NCBI GenBank assembly: GCA_017398655.1
Contig: JAFQFI010000008.1
Coordinates: 1-60,472 of the forward strand
Origin: Clostridia bacterium
Lineage (GTDB): Bacteria; Bacillota; Clostridia; Christensenellales; UBA1242
Length of the DNA stretch: 60,472 nucleotides
Reading direction: 5' to 3'
Below the pieces are notes generated by a model. The model had not been told where the DNA came from, did not search any database, and saw nothing but the letters and a program-made list of their open reading frames with translations. The position numbers were made by a program, and so were the translations under genes. How positions within the stretch are numbered: the stretch's first letter is position 1; each line of letters begins with the position of its first letter. Shown piece after piece: positions 44,189 through 54,944 of this stretch.

Positions 44189-44336
44189 AATTTTATTTCC
44201 TTTTTTTTATTTGTTAAAATTTAGTTTAATATAGTTATAAAAAATTTTCAAATTTTTTAATGTAAAAATGCAAAACAAAATTTTGTTTGGTTGATAAAAT
44301 TATTTATGCTAAAATGCATTTAGAGAGATAAATATT

Positions 44337-44927
44337 ATGGAAGAAAATTTAAAACAAATTATTGCAAACAATTTAACATATTTACGCAAAAAAAATAATT
44401 ATACTCAACTTGAACTTGCAGAGAAATTAGAATATTCTGACAAGTCAATTTCTAAATGGGAACACGCTGAAACTTTACCTGATATTGAAGTTTTACACAA
44501 ACTTGCAAATTTATACAATGTTACGCTTGATTATTTAGTAAGTAATAAACCAAACGAAGAAAGAGAAAAATTGTTTACTAAGAAAAACCAAAACAAACAA
44601 AATAAAATTATTATTACCCTTCTTGCTATTTCTTTTGTATGGTTACTTGCAACAATAATTTTTGTATACTCAAGCATAATGGACGAAAGTAAATTTTGGC
44701 AAATTTATTTATGGGCAGTTCCTGTTTCTTGTTTTGTACTTATGTACTTTAACAAAATCTGGGGCAAACGCATTTTTAGTTTTTATATTATAAGTGTTTT
44801 AACTTGGTCATTACTTACCTGTTTTTATATACAATTTATAAAACTAAATATGTTTCCATTATTTTTAATTGGAATACCAATTCAAATTGCAATTATACTT
44901 TGGTCACAGTTAAAATATAAACAATAA
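44337..44927 (+). CDS. XRE-family HTH regulator fused to a membrane domain
   Basis: 196 aa. N-terminal HTH_3 followed by about 4 TM helices. Confidence 0.7.
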   Translation: MEENLKQIIANNLTYLRKKNNYTQLELAEKLEYSDKSISKWEHAETLPDIEVLHKLANLYNVTLDYLVSNKPNEEREKLFTKKNQNKQNKIIITLLAISFVWLLATIIFVYSSIMDESKFWQIYLWAVPVSCFVLMYFNKIWGKRIFSFYIISVLTWSLLTCFYIQFIKLNMFPLFLIGIPIQIAIILWSQLKYKQ

Positions 44928-44993
44928 TTTTTTATTGTAAAAAAACACTTGAAAATTTCAAGTGTTTTTATTTTTAAATTAAATAATTTTATA

Positions 44994-45881
44994 TTAACCT
45001 AAAATTCTTGAAGGGTCTATTTTTTTTAAAAGATTATCTATTAAATTTGTAGGAATATCTGTTTGTCCAAAGTTGGCTTTTGCAAAACTTTGACCCGGGT
45101 AGTTATGATAATCACTACCACCAGTAGAAATTAAATTATGTTTTTTACATAAGTTTAACAAATACTCAGTTTGCTCTGGCAAAATGTTTGCGTGATAACA
45201 CTCTAACCCATCAAGTCTGTTTTTAGCCAACAATTCGTCTAAAACTTTTTTAGGGTCATCAACCTTATAAACACCAAATGGGTGTGCCAATACTGCAACT
45301 CCACCACAAGAATGAATAAGGTCTACAGCATCTTCAAAACTAAGCGAATAATTTGTAGGGTCAAAATACATAGGACTTGATGAAGAAGCAACCATTTTTC
45401 TAAAGAAATCCCCCGAGTGTTTTACGCCAAAACGCTCTAATATAGGAAGATTTTCTGGGTAAGACAAAACTTCTTTATAAAATATTTTTTCTGACTTTTC
45501 ATCTGGGTCGTACTCAAGCATATTATATTTAAAACCAGCATCTTTGCCTTTTGTTAAGCAATTTTCAAGCAATGCTTTTTTTATTGCGTGATAACTTTCT
45601 TTATTAACCCAATAGTTATCTTTAATCTTGTTAAGGTCATAACCATAACCCAAAACTTCCATTTGCATATTATTATATACAAATCTTAACTCACAACCCG
45701 GTATTATTTTGCCAGAAAAATATTTTTTGTAGTCAAAAGTTTGAAGTTCTTTAAAAGCACCAACTTGGTCGTGATCTGTTATAGAAATATAGTCAAGGCG
45801 TTTTTCTTCTGCTAAACTCAAAATTTCCTTTACGGTTGGAAGTCCATCAGAGTGTGTGGTATGAATATGTAAATCTATCAT
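44994..45881 (-). CDS. PHP-domain phosphoesterase
   Basis: 295 aa. MIDLHIHTTHSDG start, plus downstream HP and GGSDYH motifs. Confidence 0.8.
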   Translation of the reverse strand: MIDLHIHTTHSDGLPTVKEILSLAEEKRLDYISITDHDQVGAFKELQTFDYKKYFSGKIIPGCELRFVYNNMQMEVLGYGYDLNKIKDNYWVNKESYHAIKKALLENCLTKGKDAGFKYNMLEYDPDEKSEKIFYKEVLSYPENLPILERFGVKHSGDFFRKMVASSSSPMYFDPTNYSLSFEDAVDLIHSCGGVAVLAHPFGVYKVDDPKKVLDELLAKNRLDGLECYHANILPEQTEYLLNLCKKHNLISTGGSDYHNYPGQSFAKANFGQTDIPTNLIDNLLKKIDPSRILG

Positions 45882-46001
45882 ATAACTTTCCTTTTAAGTT
45901 TCGCCAAAAACATAAGGGCGACAAAGTTTTTATATATTTTATATTAACAAAAACAAAAATAAAAAGCCAATCATTTTGTTTGATTGACTTTTGTTTTTTA
46001 A

Positions 46002-47417
46002 TTATTCATCGCCTTGACCAACATCTGTTGTAGTTGTAAGTTTTGATATATCAAAGCCATATGGATTTTGTGCAAAATTTGGGTCATATGGTACAATTTG
46101 ACTTTGGCTTTCTGCCTTTTGCATTGCATAATGCTTCATAGCTATAACATCTGCAGCAACTTCAAAACTTGTTGATTGAATTGATGCACCACTTCCGTCA
46201 AGTTTTGTAATTAAACAACCTTCTTCTGTTTGAGTTAAGTATACAAAGTTTTCTGGTGCAACATTCCATTGTTCAATTAACTCGTCACATTGTTCAAGTT
46301 CATCAACCTTAGCATTTGCATATGCGCCACCACTTCTTACAAGCAAAGTGTCTACCAATCTATCTTGCAAAGCAACAATAACAGGAATATCTTCTGGTTT
46401 TACACTTGGATAAGCAACTTCTTCATTAATATCATCATGAATAATTGTTATTACTCCACTTTTATTTAATTTTGTTATAGCACTTGCAATTTCTTGATTT
46501 GCATAAGCATTACCATTTTCGTCTACTCTAATAATATCGCTTGCTCTTAAAACAGCTGCTGTTTGAGAATATTTATTTGGGTTTCTAAAAGCAGGTACTC
46601 CACACTCTAATTCTGATACACCTTCGTGAAATCTACTTACAGTGCCAATATCTTTAATATAACAAGGAGTGTTCCAACCTGCAACTTCATATCTACCGTC
46701 GTAGATAAGTTTTGTTAAAACATTTTCTTCCATATCTAAATAAGTTGGCAAATCTGGTAAGATATCAAAGAAAGAATCGTTTAATATCATAAAACTATTT
46801 TTTGGGGTATTTGGAAACAAACTTCCTCTTGGACCATCACCTTTACCTTGCTTTGGTATTAAATCTATAATTTCTTTACTATCTTTAGCAAAAACACAAA
46901 GAGGTCTATCGTCTGGCTCTGAACAAGGTGAAACTAAAACTGCAGCATCTACATTTTGTTCTTTATAAAATTGATACATTTGTTGAATATTTACATCAAA
47001 CAACACATCTGAATATGTAAACAAGAAACTTTGTCTACCTATTAATTGTTGTAAATCTTTAGAGCAGAATGCACCTGCAGTGCCTAATGGGGCTATTTCT
47101 TCATAAAAAGTAACTGTTATATCGTCGCAACCCAAATTTGCATTTATTTGTTCGCTTGTAAATGCACTTTCAATAAATTCTTTTTTGTTGCCTACAATTA
47201 AAATAAAGTTTTTAATTCCGTTTTCATGCAACATACGCATTTGATGTTCCAAAATTGTATCTTTTGCAGTTCCGTGGTTTTCGTGGTCTGTCCTTTTAAT
47301 GTTTACCATTGCTTTTGGAAGTTCGCCAGTTATCGAAGCAAGTCGTGTTCCTGCCCCACCAGCCATAATAATTGCTGTTTCCAGTTTTTCGTCATCTCTA
47401 AACTTTCTTTTACCCAT
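46002..47417 (-). CDS. sugar-phosphate nucleotidyltransferase fused to an uncharacterised C-terminal domain
   Basis: 471 aa. N-terminal IIMAGGAGTRL...LPKAMV, and about 200 aa of unassigned sequence at the C-terminus. Confidence 0.6.
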   Translation of the reverse strand: MGKRKFRDDEKLETAIIMAGGAGTRLASITGELPKAMVNIKRTDHENHGTAKDTILEHQMRMLHENGIKNFILIVGNKKEFIESAFTSEQINANLGCDDITVTFYEEIAPLGTAGAFCSKDLQQLIGRQSFLFTYSDVLFDVNIQQMYQFYKEQNVDAAVLVSPCSEPDDRPLCVFAKDSKEIIDLIPKQGKGDGPRGSLFPNTPKNSFMILNDSFFDILPDLPTYLDMEENVLTKLIYDGRYEVAGWNTPCYIKDIGTVSRFHEGVSELECGVPAFRNPNKYSQTAAVLRASDIIRVDENGNAYANQEIASAITKLNKSGVITIIHDDINEEVAYPSVKPEDIPVIVALQDRLVDTLLVRSGGAYANAKVDELEQCDELIEQWNVAPENFVYLTQTEEGCLITKLDGSGASIQSTSFEVAADVIAMKHYAMQKAESQSQIVPYDPNFAQNPYGFDISKLTTTTDVGQGDE

Positions 47418-47609
47418 AAAATATTACCCCATCTTAAATATTTTTTGATTATTATGCAAATATTTTACTACTTTGGGCTAATTTTTCAAGGGGTAAAAAG
47501 TTTTTTATGCACTTTAAATAAACTTGCAAATATTGCTTTTTTTAGTGTTGACTTTGAATATTTTTTTATTTATAATATGAAAGGTTAGGGTGAAATTTTG
47601 GCTAATCAA

Positions 47610-47686
47610 GCAATCATAGCTCAATTGGATAGAGCGTTGCGCTACGGACGCAAAGGTTTGGGGTTCGAGTCCCTATGGTTGCACCA
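47610..47686 (+). tRNA. tRNA-Arg (ACG)
   Basis: GCAATCATAGCTCAATTGGATAGAGCGTTGCGCTACGGACGCAAAGGTTTGGGGTTCGAGTCCCTATGGTTGCACCA folds as a cloverleaf with anticodon ACG. Confidence 0.9.
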
Positions 47687-47832
47687 AAATAAGGGTAAAT
47701 CTTTTTAAGGTTTATCCTTTTTTTATTTGCTAATTAATTTGAAAGTAACTATATTTATATTTGTTGTTTTATTATATATAATATTTACATATATAAACAA
47801 AACAAAAAACTGCTTATAAGGAAGACAAAGAA

Positions 47833-48657
47833 ATGAAGATTATGTTTGCTGGTATTGGGCTTATTGGTGGCTCAATGGCAAAAAGTTTAAATAGAGCCAA
47901 TATTAAAGTTGACGGATTTGATAGAGATAATGTTATAGAATATGCTTTAAAAAACAAAATTATAGAAAATAAAGCCATTGATTTTAGTTTGTATGATTTA
48001 GTTTTTATAGCACTACCACCCGATGCCACTATGAATTTTATTGAAAATAACACTTTTAAAAACAATGCCATTGTATGTGATATTTGTGGTGTAAAAGGTG
48101 TTGTTGAAAAACTTGTTTATAGTAAACCACGCAATTTTAAATATGTTGGTTGTCACCCAATGGCAGGCAAAGAAGTTTCTGGTATAGAAAACTCTACTGA
48201 AAAACTTTTTGATAATGCTAATATGATTATTATAGAAAACGAAAACACTAATGCCGAAGCCGTACAAACCCTAACCGAACTTTTTACAAAAATGGGTTTT
48301 AAATTAATTAAACACTGCTCTGCTGACCATCACGATAGAAAAATTGCATACACATCTCAACTTGCACACATTGTAAGCAACGCTTATGTTAAAAGTCCTG
48401 CTGGCAAAAACTATGTTGGTTTTACAGGTGGAAGTTTTCAGGATATGACTCGTATTGCAGGTGTTGATGAAGAAGTTTGGACACGACTATATATGTTAAA
48501 CCGTGAAAAAGTTGAAGAAGAATTGTCAATTCTTATTTCAAACCTACAAAAATATTTGGAAGCTTTTAAAAACAATGATGAGCCAACTTTAAAGCAATTA
48601 CTTAAAGAAGGCAGAAACGAAAAAGCAAGATTAGATGCCGAAAAACCTATTATTTAA
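47833..48657 (+). CDS. tyrA: prephenate dehydrogenase
   Basis: 274 aa. N-terminal FAGIGLIGGS dinucleotide fold and a GCHPMAG motif. Confidence 0.8.
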   Translation: MKIMFAGIGLIGGSMAKSLNRANIKVDGFDRDNVIEYALKNKIIENKAIDFSLYDLVFIALPPDATMNFIENNTFKNNAIVCDICGVKGVVEKLVYSKPRNFKYVGCHPMAGKEVSGIENSTEKLFDNANMIIIENENTNAEAVQTLTELFTKMGFKLIKHCSADHHDRKIAYTSQLAHIVSNAYVKSPAGKNYVGFTGGSFQDMTRIAGVDEEVWTRLYMLNREKVEEELSILISNLQKYLEAFKNNDEPTLKQLLKEGRNEKARLDAEKPII

Positions 48658-48754
48658 AAATTATAAAATAAAAAGCCAGATTTTTTGTTTGGCTTTTTTT
48701 ATTTAAAAAGATAAAATTAAATTAATGTAAATATAATATAAAAGAGGGATTATT

Positions 48755-49669
48755 ATGGACAAATTAAAAGAACTTAGAATTGTAGATAATTTTTATCAAA
48801 CATCAGCTTTTTATCCAATGCCAACCGTTTTGATTAGCACTGTAAGTGAAAATGGTCAAACAAATTTAGGGGCTTATTCTCTATGCTTTCCTTACTACAT
48901 TGCTGGTAAAGATTATTATTCTATGCTTTTAGAGTGCAGAAATAGTTCTAACACAGCACAAAATATTTTAAGAACAAAAAAAGCAACAATAAATTTTATT
49001 CCAGACGATAAAAAATATTTTAAAGAAGCAGTTCGTCTTGGTTTCCCCGGTGATACAACCGAACAAAAAATGAAAGATTGTTTATTTACTTTGGTAGATA
49101 GCGAACTTGGTAAAGATAGACCTCAAATTGTTGAAGAAAGTTTTCAAGTTTTTGAATGTACTTGGGACGATAGTTTGGAAAATGCTTCAAAAGACAAACC
49201 GGGTTGTTTGGAAGGATACGAACCACCTTACAGAAATTTCAATGGTATAACAAGTAAATTTGGTGCACACTTTATTTTAAAAATTGACAAGATTTTAATG
49301 AAAGAAAAATATCATAACGCTATTGTAAATGGCGTTAAGAAAAACAACTTTCCTAAAGTTCCTGTTGACTATGGTTATAGAGATAGTACAAACTTTTGGT
49401 ACACTCAATTTAAGTCAAAACCTATTCCAGAAAAAATTCCTGCAAAAGATAATGGCGATGTAAAATCTGTTATGTATGCAGCAGAAAGAATTGACTCAGA
49501 AGTAAAGTTTACCGAAGAAGCTTGTGCAAAATTAACTAAGATACCAAGAATTTTCTTAAAAGCAGCTCTTACCCAAATGGTAAATATTGCAAAAGAAGAA
49601 GGTTTTAAAACAATTGGTCCAAATGAACTTGATGTAATTAACGATAAGCGCAGAAAAGAAAAAAAATAA
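48755..49669 (+). CDS. flavin-reductase-like domain protein with PCP_red-like C-terminal domain
   Basis: 304 aa. Split-barrel-like N-terminal region; the C-terminal FTEEACAKLTKIPRIFLK resembles the PCP_red domain. Confidence 0.45.
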   Translation: MDKLKELRIVDNFYQTSAFYPMPTVLISTVSENGQTNLGAYSLCFPYYIAGKDYYSMLLECRNSSNTAQNILRTKKATINFIPDDKKYFKEAVRLGFPGDTTEQKMKDCLFTLVDSELGKDRPQIVEESFQVFECTWDDSLENASKDKPGCLEGYEPPYRNFNGITSKFGAHFILKIDKILMKEKYHNAIVNGVKKNNFPKVPVDYGYRDSTNFWYTQFKSKPIPEKIPAKDNGDVKSVMYAAERIDSEVKFTEEACAKLTKIPRIFLKAALTQMVNIAKEEGFKTIGPNELDVINDKRRKEKK

Positions 49670-49833
49670 AAGATTTAAAATTATAAAAAATATTAATAAA
49701 ATAATCCACAAAACTTTAAAATTTGTGGATTATTTTTTATTTGTTAAAAATCATACTTTTCTTTATTTTAGCGACATATACAAATTTTTTATATGTTTAT
49801 TTTTTTAATTATTTTTTTATTATCTATTTTTAA

Positions 49834-50556
49834 TTAAAAATTATATTTTTTGCCACTATAAGTTGTTTCTATATCATACTCTTTTGCTTTTAAAATAAAT
49901 TCATCTGTACTATGAGTTGCAATTAATCTTTTGTTAGGAAAACATTGTTGCAAATATTTAAATTTGTCTGCACCCATATGACTTGGGGTTGTTTTTTCAC
50001 TACAACAATCTAAAAATGCAACTTTAGTATTTGCAACAAATTCTTTTACATTTTCATCATAAGTGCAGTCACCAGAAAAGCCAACAGCTGAAGAAAAATC
50101 TTCAAACACATAACCTATATTTGTAAGTCCACCATGGTTTAAAATAAATGGTTTAATCTTAAAATTTTCAACTTCTATAATTTGCTCTTTTGAAGATATT
50201 TCTACAACATTAATATAATCTTCCACTTTTTTATTTATAGTAGGACATGCAAAATTCTGGGCTAAAATATTTAATGCTTTTTTAATGCCTTTTGGACCAT
50301 AAATAGATAATCTATATTTTTTGCTTTCATCTTCATATACTAAAACTTGACTTATATAAGCCCCAAGCCCAGCAAAATGATCGGTATGCAAATGTGTTAT
50401 AAAAATGTTATTTACATCTAAAAAATTTACATTATTTTGTTTGTAATATTTTAGTGTACCTTCACCACTATCAACAATAATTTTATTATTTATACAATAA
50501 CAACTAACCGGTTTATCTGTCCAAGTTGTACTACAACCAATTACTTTAACTTCCAT
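49834..50556 (-). CDS. MBL-fold metallo-hydrolase
   Basis: 240 aa with the HLHTDH motif. Confidence 0.75.
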   Translation of the reverse strand: MEVKVIGCSTTWTDKPVSCYCINNKIIVDSGEGTLKYYKQNNVNFLDVNNIFITHLHTDHFAGLGAYISQVLVYEDESKKYRLSIYGPKGIKKALNILAQNFACPTINKKVEDYINVVEISSKEQIIEVENFKIKPFILNHGGLTNIGYVFEDFSSAVGFSGDCTYDENVKEFVANTKVAFLDCCSEKTTPSHMGADKFKYLQQCFPNKRLIATHSTDEFILKAKEYDIETTYSGKKYNF

Positions 50557-50655
50557 TGTTTATTTCCTTTTTATTAAAATATCACTTAAAATAAAACACT
50601 GTCAATTTATATTAAAAAAAAGAAAGAGTTTCTACTCTTTCCTTTTATATTCTTT

Positions 50656-51204
50656 TTATTTAAAAAAGCCATAATAATCGCCATCCGGGTCATAAGTTTT
50701 AATTTTTATTCCACATTGTTTTTTTGTTAAAGTTCCTACCAAATTGCTTGGAGAATATTCTTTTAGTGGAATAACTGTTTCTTGCTTTTGAGTAGTAGCC
50801 AAACTATTTGCATATCTGTATGTACCTGTTGCCAAACCTTTTTGAACTACAGATTGTGGAAATTTACATTGAATTACTGCGCAATCTACACCTTCTGCTT
50901 CTTCATAATCACTCCAATAAGAACCAGCGTCGTTTTTATCTAAAAAGAAGTGTAATAATCTTTCTTCTGGTGGAAATTGTGTGTAATCTAAATTACTTCC
51001 AGTATTACCATAAAAGGTTTTGGCTTCTGCACAAGCAATTTTATCTGGTTCACTTTCATAATTTTGAAGTTCATCTACTCTAACAACCCTAAAAACATCA
51101 GTCATTTCTTCAGTTGTTTCATTAGCAGGAATTTCTGCAGAAGATGCCATAGGAGTTTTAAAATGATTTACAATATCTTGTCCTGTTAAAGTTATATCAT
51201 CCAT
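50656..51204 (-). CDS. hypothetical protein
   Basis: 182 aa from the ATG at 51204 after GAGGGGGA. No recognisable motif. Confidence 0.5.
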   Translation of the reverse strand: MDDITLTGQDIVNHFKTPMASSAEIPANETTEEMTDVFRVVRVDELQNYESEPDKIACAEAKTFYGNTGSNLDYTQFPPEERLLHFFLDKNDAGSYWSDYEEAEGVDCAVIQCKFPQSVVQKGLATGTYRYANSLATTQKQETVIPLKEYSPSNLVGTLTKKQCGIKIKTYDPDGDYYGFFK

Positions 51205-51398
51205 TGTTTTATCCCCCTCTAAAAAATAAACCAATTTTCTATTATAATTAGTTTATCATACATTAAAAAATTTTTCAATACATAGCAGTTTTAATTTCTT
51301 TTATTTAATTATTAATTTTTTTCAAAAAATATTTATTTTTTGGATTGCTACCTAAAAAATGATGTGCTATAATCCGTATTATAGGAGAGTATTTTTAT

Positions 51399-52934
51399 AT
51401 GGCAGAAAAAGAAACAATTGTTGTTGTTGATTTTGGCTCACAAACAAGCCAACTTATTGCAAGGCGTGTAAGAGATATTAATGTTTATTCAGAACTTGTA
51501 CCTTACACATCATCAGCAGAAAAAATTAAAAGTTATAATCCAATTGGTATTATTTTAACAGGTGGACCATTAAGCACTTTTGAAAATGGTTCTTACAAAA
51601 TTGACCCAGAAGTTTATAATTTGGGAGTTCCTGTATTAGGCATTTGCTATGGTATGCAACTTACAGCACAAACTTTAGGTGGCGAAGTAAGCACAGGTAA
51701 AAATGCAGAATATGGTAAAGTGGAAATTGAATACGCTGATCACCCACTTTTTGATGGTGTTAAAAAGAATAATTCTGTTTGGATGAATCACCACGACCAA
51801 GTAACAAAACTTGGTAAAGATTTTAAAGGCATTGGCAAAACTAAAAACACAAAATATTCTGCCATAGCTAATGACAAAAAGAAAATTTATGGTGTACAAT
51901 TCCACCCAGAAGTTGCACATACAGAACAAGGTATTGATATTTTAAAGAACTTTGTTTATAAAATTTGTGGAGCAACTGGTAGTTGGACAATGAACAGTTT
52001 TGTTAAAGACCAAGTTGAATTACTAAGAAAAAAATTAACAGGTAAAAAAGTATTACTTGCCTTATCTGGTGGTGTTGATAGTTCTGTTTGTGCAGCACTT
52101 ATCCAAAAAGCTTGTCCAGAAAGTTTAATTTGCGTATTTGTAGACCATGGTTTGCTTAGAAAATATGAAAGAGAACAAGTTGAAGAAGTTTTTAAAGAAC
52201 AATTTAAAATTAATCTTATTACAGCAGATGCTTCAGAAAGATTTTTAAAGAAACTTAAAAACAAAACCGATCCAGAAGCAAAAAGAAAAATTATTGGTAA
52301 ACAATTTATTAAAGTTTTTGAAAAAGAAGCAAAGAAAATTGGTAAAGTTGATTTCTTAGCACAAGGAACTATCTACCCTGATGTTGTAGAAAGTGGCGTT
52401 GCAGGTTCTGCAGTTATCAAAAGTCACCACAATGTAGGTGGTCTTCCAAGCGTTGTCGATTTTGAAGAAATTATTGAACCACTTCGTGACCTTTACAAAG
52501 ATGAAGTTAGAAAAGTTGGTTTTGAACTTGGTCTTCCAGAAAAAATTGTTATGCGTCAACCATTCCCGGGTCCGGGTCTTGGCATAAGAGTAATTGGCAA
52601 AATAACAAAAGAAAAATTAGAAATTTTAAGAGATGCTGATTTCATTTTTAGAGATGAAATTGAAAAAGCAGGACTTTCTGATAAAATTTGGCAATACTTT
52701 GCAGTTATTACAAATATGCGCTCTGTAGGTGTTATGGGCGACCATAGAACATATGATTACACTGTTGCACTTAGAGGCGTAAATAGTATTGATGCTATGA
52801 CTGCTGATTGGTATAAAATACCTTATGAAGTATTAGATAAATGTAGTAACAGAATTGTAAACGAAGTTAAACATGTTAACAGAGTTGTTTACGATATTAC
52901 TTCAAAACCACCAGCAACAATTGAGTGGGAATAA
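51399..52934 (+). CDS. guaA: GMP synthase (glutamine-hydrolysing)
   Basis: 511 aa. GATase GICYGMQ, PP-loop SGGVDSS, and a C-terminal ...ATIEWE. Confidence 0.95.
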   Translation: MAEKETIVVVDFGSQTSQLIARRVRDINVYSELVPYTSSAEKIKSYNPIGIILTGGPLSTFENGSYKIDPEVYNLGVPVLGICYGMQLTAQTLGGEVSTGKNAEYGKVEIEYADHPLFDGVKKNNSVWMNHHDQVTKLGKDFKGIGKTKNTKYSAIANDKKKIYGVQFHPEVAHTEQGIDILKNFVYKICGATGSWTMNSFVKDQVELLRKKLTGKKVLLALSGGVDSSVCAALIQKACPESLICVFVDHGLLRKYEREQVEEVFKEQFKINLITADASERFLKKLKNKTDPEAKRKIIGKQFIKVFEKEAKKIGKVDFLAQGTIYPDVVESGVAGSAVIKSHHNVGGLPSVVDFEEIIEPLRDLYKDEVRKVGFELGLPEKIVMRQPFPGPGLGIRVIGKITKEKLEILRDADFIFRDEIEKAGLSDKIWQYFAVITNMRSVGVMGDHRTYDYTVALRGVNSIDAMTADWYKIPYEVLDKCSNRIVNEVKHVNRVVYDITSKPPATIEWE

Positions 52935-52994
52935 AATTTATAAACAAAAAAAGAGGCAAAAACGCCTCTTTTTATTTTAAAGGAAAAAACAAAA

Positions 52995-53543
52995 ATGATT
53001 TTACTAAACCAAATAAATACAAAAGAAACTTTTAAAAAAGCAAAGAAATTATATAAAAGAGCTTTTCCTAAAGAAGAGCAAAAACCTTTTAAGTTTTTAA
53101 TTAAAAATCAACAAAAAGGCACATATGATTTATTCTCCGTTGAAGATGACGAATCTATCTTTTATGGACTTGCCTTTTTAGTAAAAAAAGATAATTTAGT
53201 TTTACTTGATTTTTTAGCTATAAGTGATGAATTTAGAAATCAAGGTATAGGGAGCAAAGTTTTAAAACTTTTACAAGAAAAATATGGTGATAAAAAACTA
53301 TTTTTAGAAATTGAAAACACAACTTCAAATAATGCACCAAACATCTTACAAAGAATTAAACGCAAAGAGTTTTATTTAAAAAACAATATGACTGCTCAAC
53401 CATACAAAGTTTTACTTTTTGGTTGCGATATGGAAATTTTATCTTTTGAAAAACCCGTTAGTTTTGAAGAGTACTTTTCTATTTTTGTTAAACTTTATGG
53501 CAATAAAAAAGCAGAGAAAAAAATTAAATTATTTCAAGAGTAA
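52995..53543 (+). CDS. GNAT-family N-acetyltransferase
   Basis: 182 aa. RNQGIGSKVL motif A. Confidence 0.7.
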   Translation: MILLNQINTKETFKKAKKLYKRAFPKEEQKPFKFLIKNQQKGTYDLFSVEDDESIFYGLAFLVKKDNLVLLDFLAISDEFRNQGIGSKVLKLLQEKYGDKKLFLEIENTTSNNAPNILQRIKRKEFYLKNNMTAQPYKVLLFGCDMEILSFEKPVSFEEYFSIFVKLYGNKKAEKKIKLFQE

Positions 53544-53609
53544 TTAACAAACAATTATCTACAAAAAGCCCAAAAATAATACAATATTCCTGCTTTTAAA
53601 ATTTTAAAA

Positions 53610-53638
53610 TTGACAATACTACAAAGATGGAATATAAT
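53610..53638 (+). promoter_or_regulatory. consensus sigma-A promoter
   Basis: TTGACA, exactly 17 nt, TATAAT. Confidence 0.7.
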
Positions 53639-53684
53639 GTAGTTACTATGAAAATACAAACAACTAAATTCGTTATAAATATTA

Positions 53685-53727
53685 GGGAAATTTAAACTTG
53701 CAAGCAAGTTTTATTTCCCTTTTTTTT
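53685..53727 (+). terminator. intrinsic terminator/attenuator inside the leader of the zeta-toxin operon
   Basis: Long hairpin GGGAAAT..AAACTTGC-AA-GCAAGTTT..ATTTCCC followed by T8. Confidence 0.65.
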
Positions 53728-53760
53728 AAGGTTTTATAGTTGTTAAGGAGGTCATAAAAA

Positions 53761-53955
53761 ATGGATAGTAATACTAAACTTGAAATTGCAAAAGAAGTTA
53801 TTGCAGGTTTAATAGGTAATGCTATTACAAACTTAAATTTATCTACAAAAGATAAAGCTTTAGTTGATTTATTAAATTTAAAAGAAAGAATTGATAGTTG
53901 CGATATGGAAGCTATCGATCATGTTTTAAAAGTTGCTAAGGAAAGGGGGGTCTAG
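53761..53955 (+). CDS. small protein upstream of the zeta-like toxin (candidate antitoxin)
   Basis: 64 aa, SD AAGGAGG. Predicted helical. The call rests on its position. Confidence 0.45.
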   Translation: MDSNTKLEIAKEVIAGLIGNAITNLNLSTKDKALVDLLNLKERIDSCDMEAIDHVLKVAKERGV

Positions 53956-53959
53956 TTCT

Positions 53960-54913
53960 ATGTACGATGAAGAAATTGTTAAACAACATACAATATCGCA
54001 AGAGCAAATTGAAACAATTACAGAACAAGTAATTGAAACAAAAACTTTTGGAAAAGAACCTGTTAAAAACCCTGTATGTGTTATTGTTATGGGCCAAACT
54101 GGTTCAGGAAAAAGTGGCTTAATTGCACACTCAAAAAAGATGTTCCCTGACGGAAATGTTGTTGTTATTGAAGATGACGATATAAGAAAGTTCTTCCCTA
54201 ACGAAAAACAAATTGCAAAAGATCACCCTGAAGAACATGTTCCTATTACAAACCAACTTAGCAGACCAGCAACACAAAAATTATTTGCTGCACTTATGGA
54301 AGCTGGTTATAATATTGTTTTTCACCAAACAGGTGGAAACAAAATGATTGCTGACGATGGTATGATGAAATTGGTTGAAAACGGATATTCTATTGTTGTT
54401 AATGCATTAGCTGTTAGTGGAGAAAAAAGTTTGGCATCTATGATTGGCAGGGGTTTAGGCCAAATTGAATATGAAGGATATTATAGACCTGTTACAATTG
54501 CTGACCACGATAGAACTTTAAATGGTATGCCTAACACTATTAAATATATTGAAGAAATTGGTAGATTTGATGTTGTTCAAGTTTTCCAAAGAGGCCCACA
54601 ACCAGATCAACCTGTTATGGTTTATTCAAAAATAAATCCAGACAGACCAGAACATGTAGCAAATATTGCTTCTCACCCAGCCGTTAGTGCTGAAGACCAA
54701 TTTGGAGAATTTTCATCTGCTCACGAAGCATTAATTGCAACAAGAGAGGCAGATAGAGTTGCTTTTATAGAACAATACCCAGAAATAAGAGAAGGTTTGG
54801 TTACAAGTCCTTTCATTACTCCAGAACTTGCAGAACAAACTGTAGTTCTTGACCAAAGAGTTGGCTTTAGCCCAGCACCAGTAACTGGACCTATTGATTC
54901 TTTCACAGAATAA
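53960..54913 (+). CDS. zeta-toxin-family P-loop kinase with C-terminal extension
   Basis: Start MYDEE at 53960 after AAGGAAAGGGGGG. Walker A GQTGSGKSG and a downstream IEDDDIR. Confidence 0.65.
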   Translation: MYDEEIVKQHTISQEQIETITEQVIETKTFGKEPVKNPVCVIVMGQTGSGKSGLIAHSKKMFPDGNVVVIEDDDIRKFFPNEKQIAKDHPEEHVPITNQLSRPATQKLFAALMEAGYNIVFHQTGGNKMIADDGMMKLVENGYSIVVNALAVSGEKSLASMIGRGLGQIEYEGYYRPVTIADHDRTLNGMPNTIKYIEEIGRFDVVQVFQRGPQPDQPVMVYSKINPDRPEHVANIASHPAVSAEDQFGEFSSAHEALIATREADRVAFIEQYPEIREGLVTSPFITPELAEQTVVLDQRVGFSPAPVTGPIDSFTE

Positions 54914-54944
54914 TACTTATAAAAAATAATAAAAAAAAGGAAAT

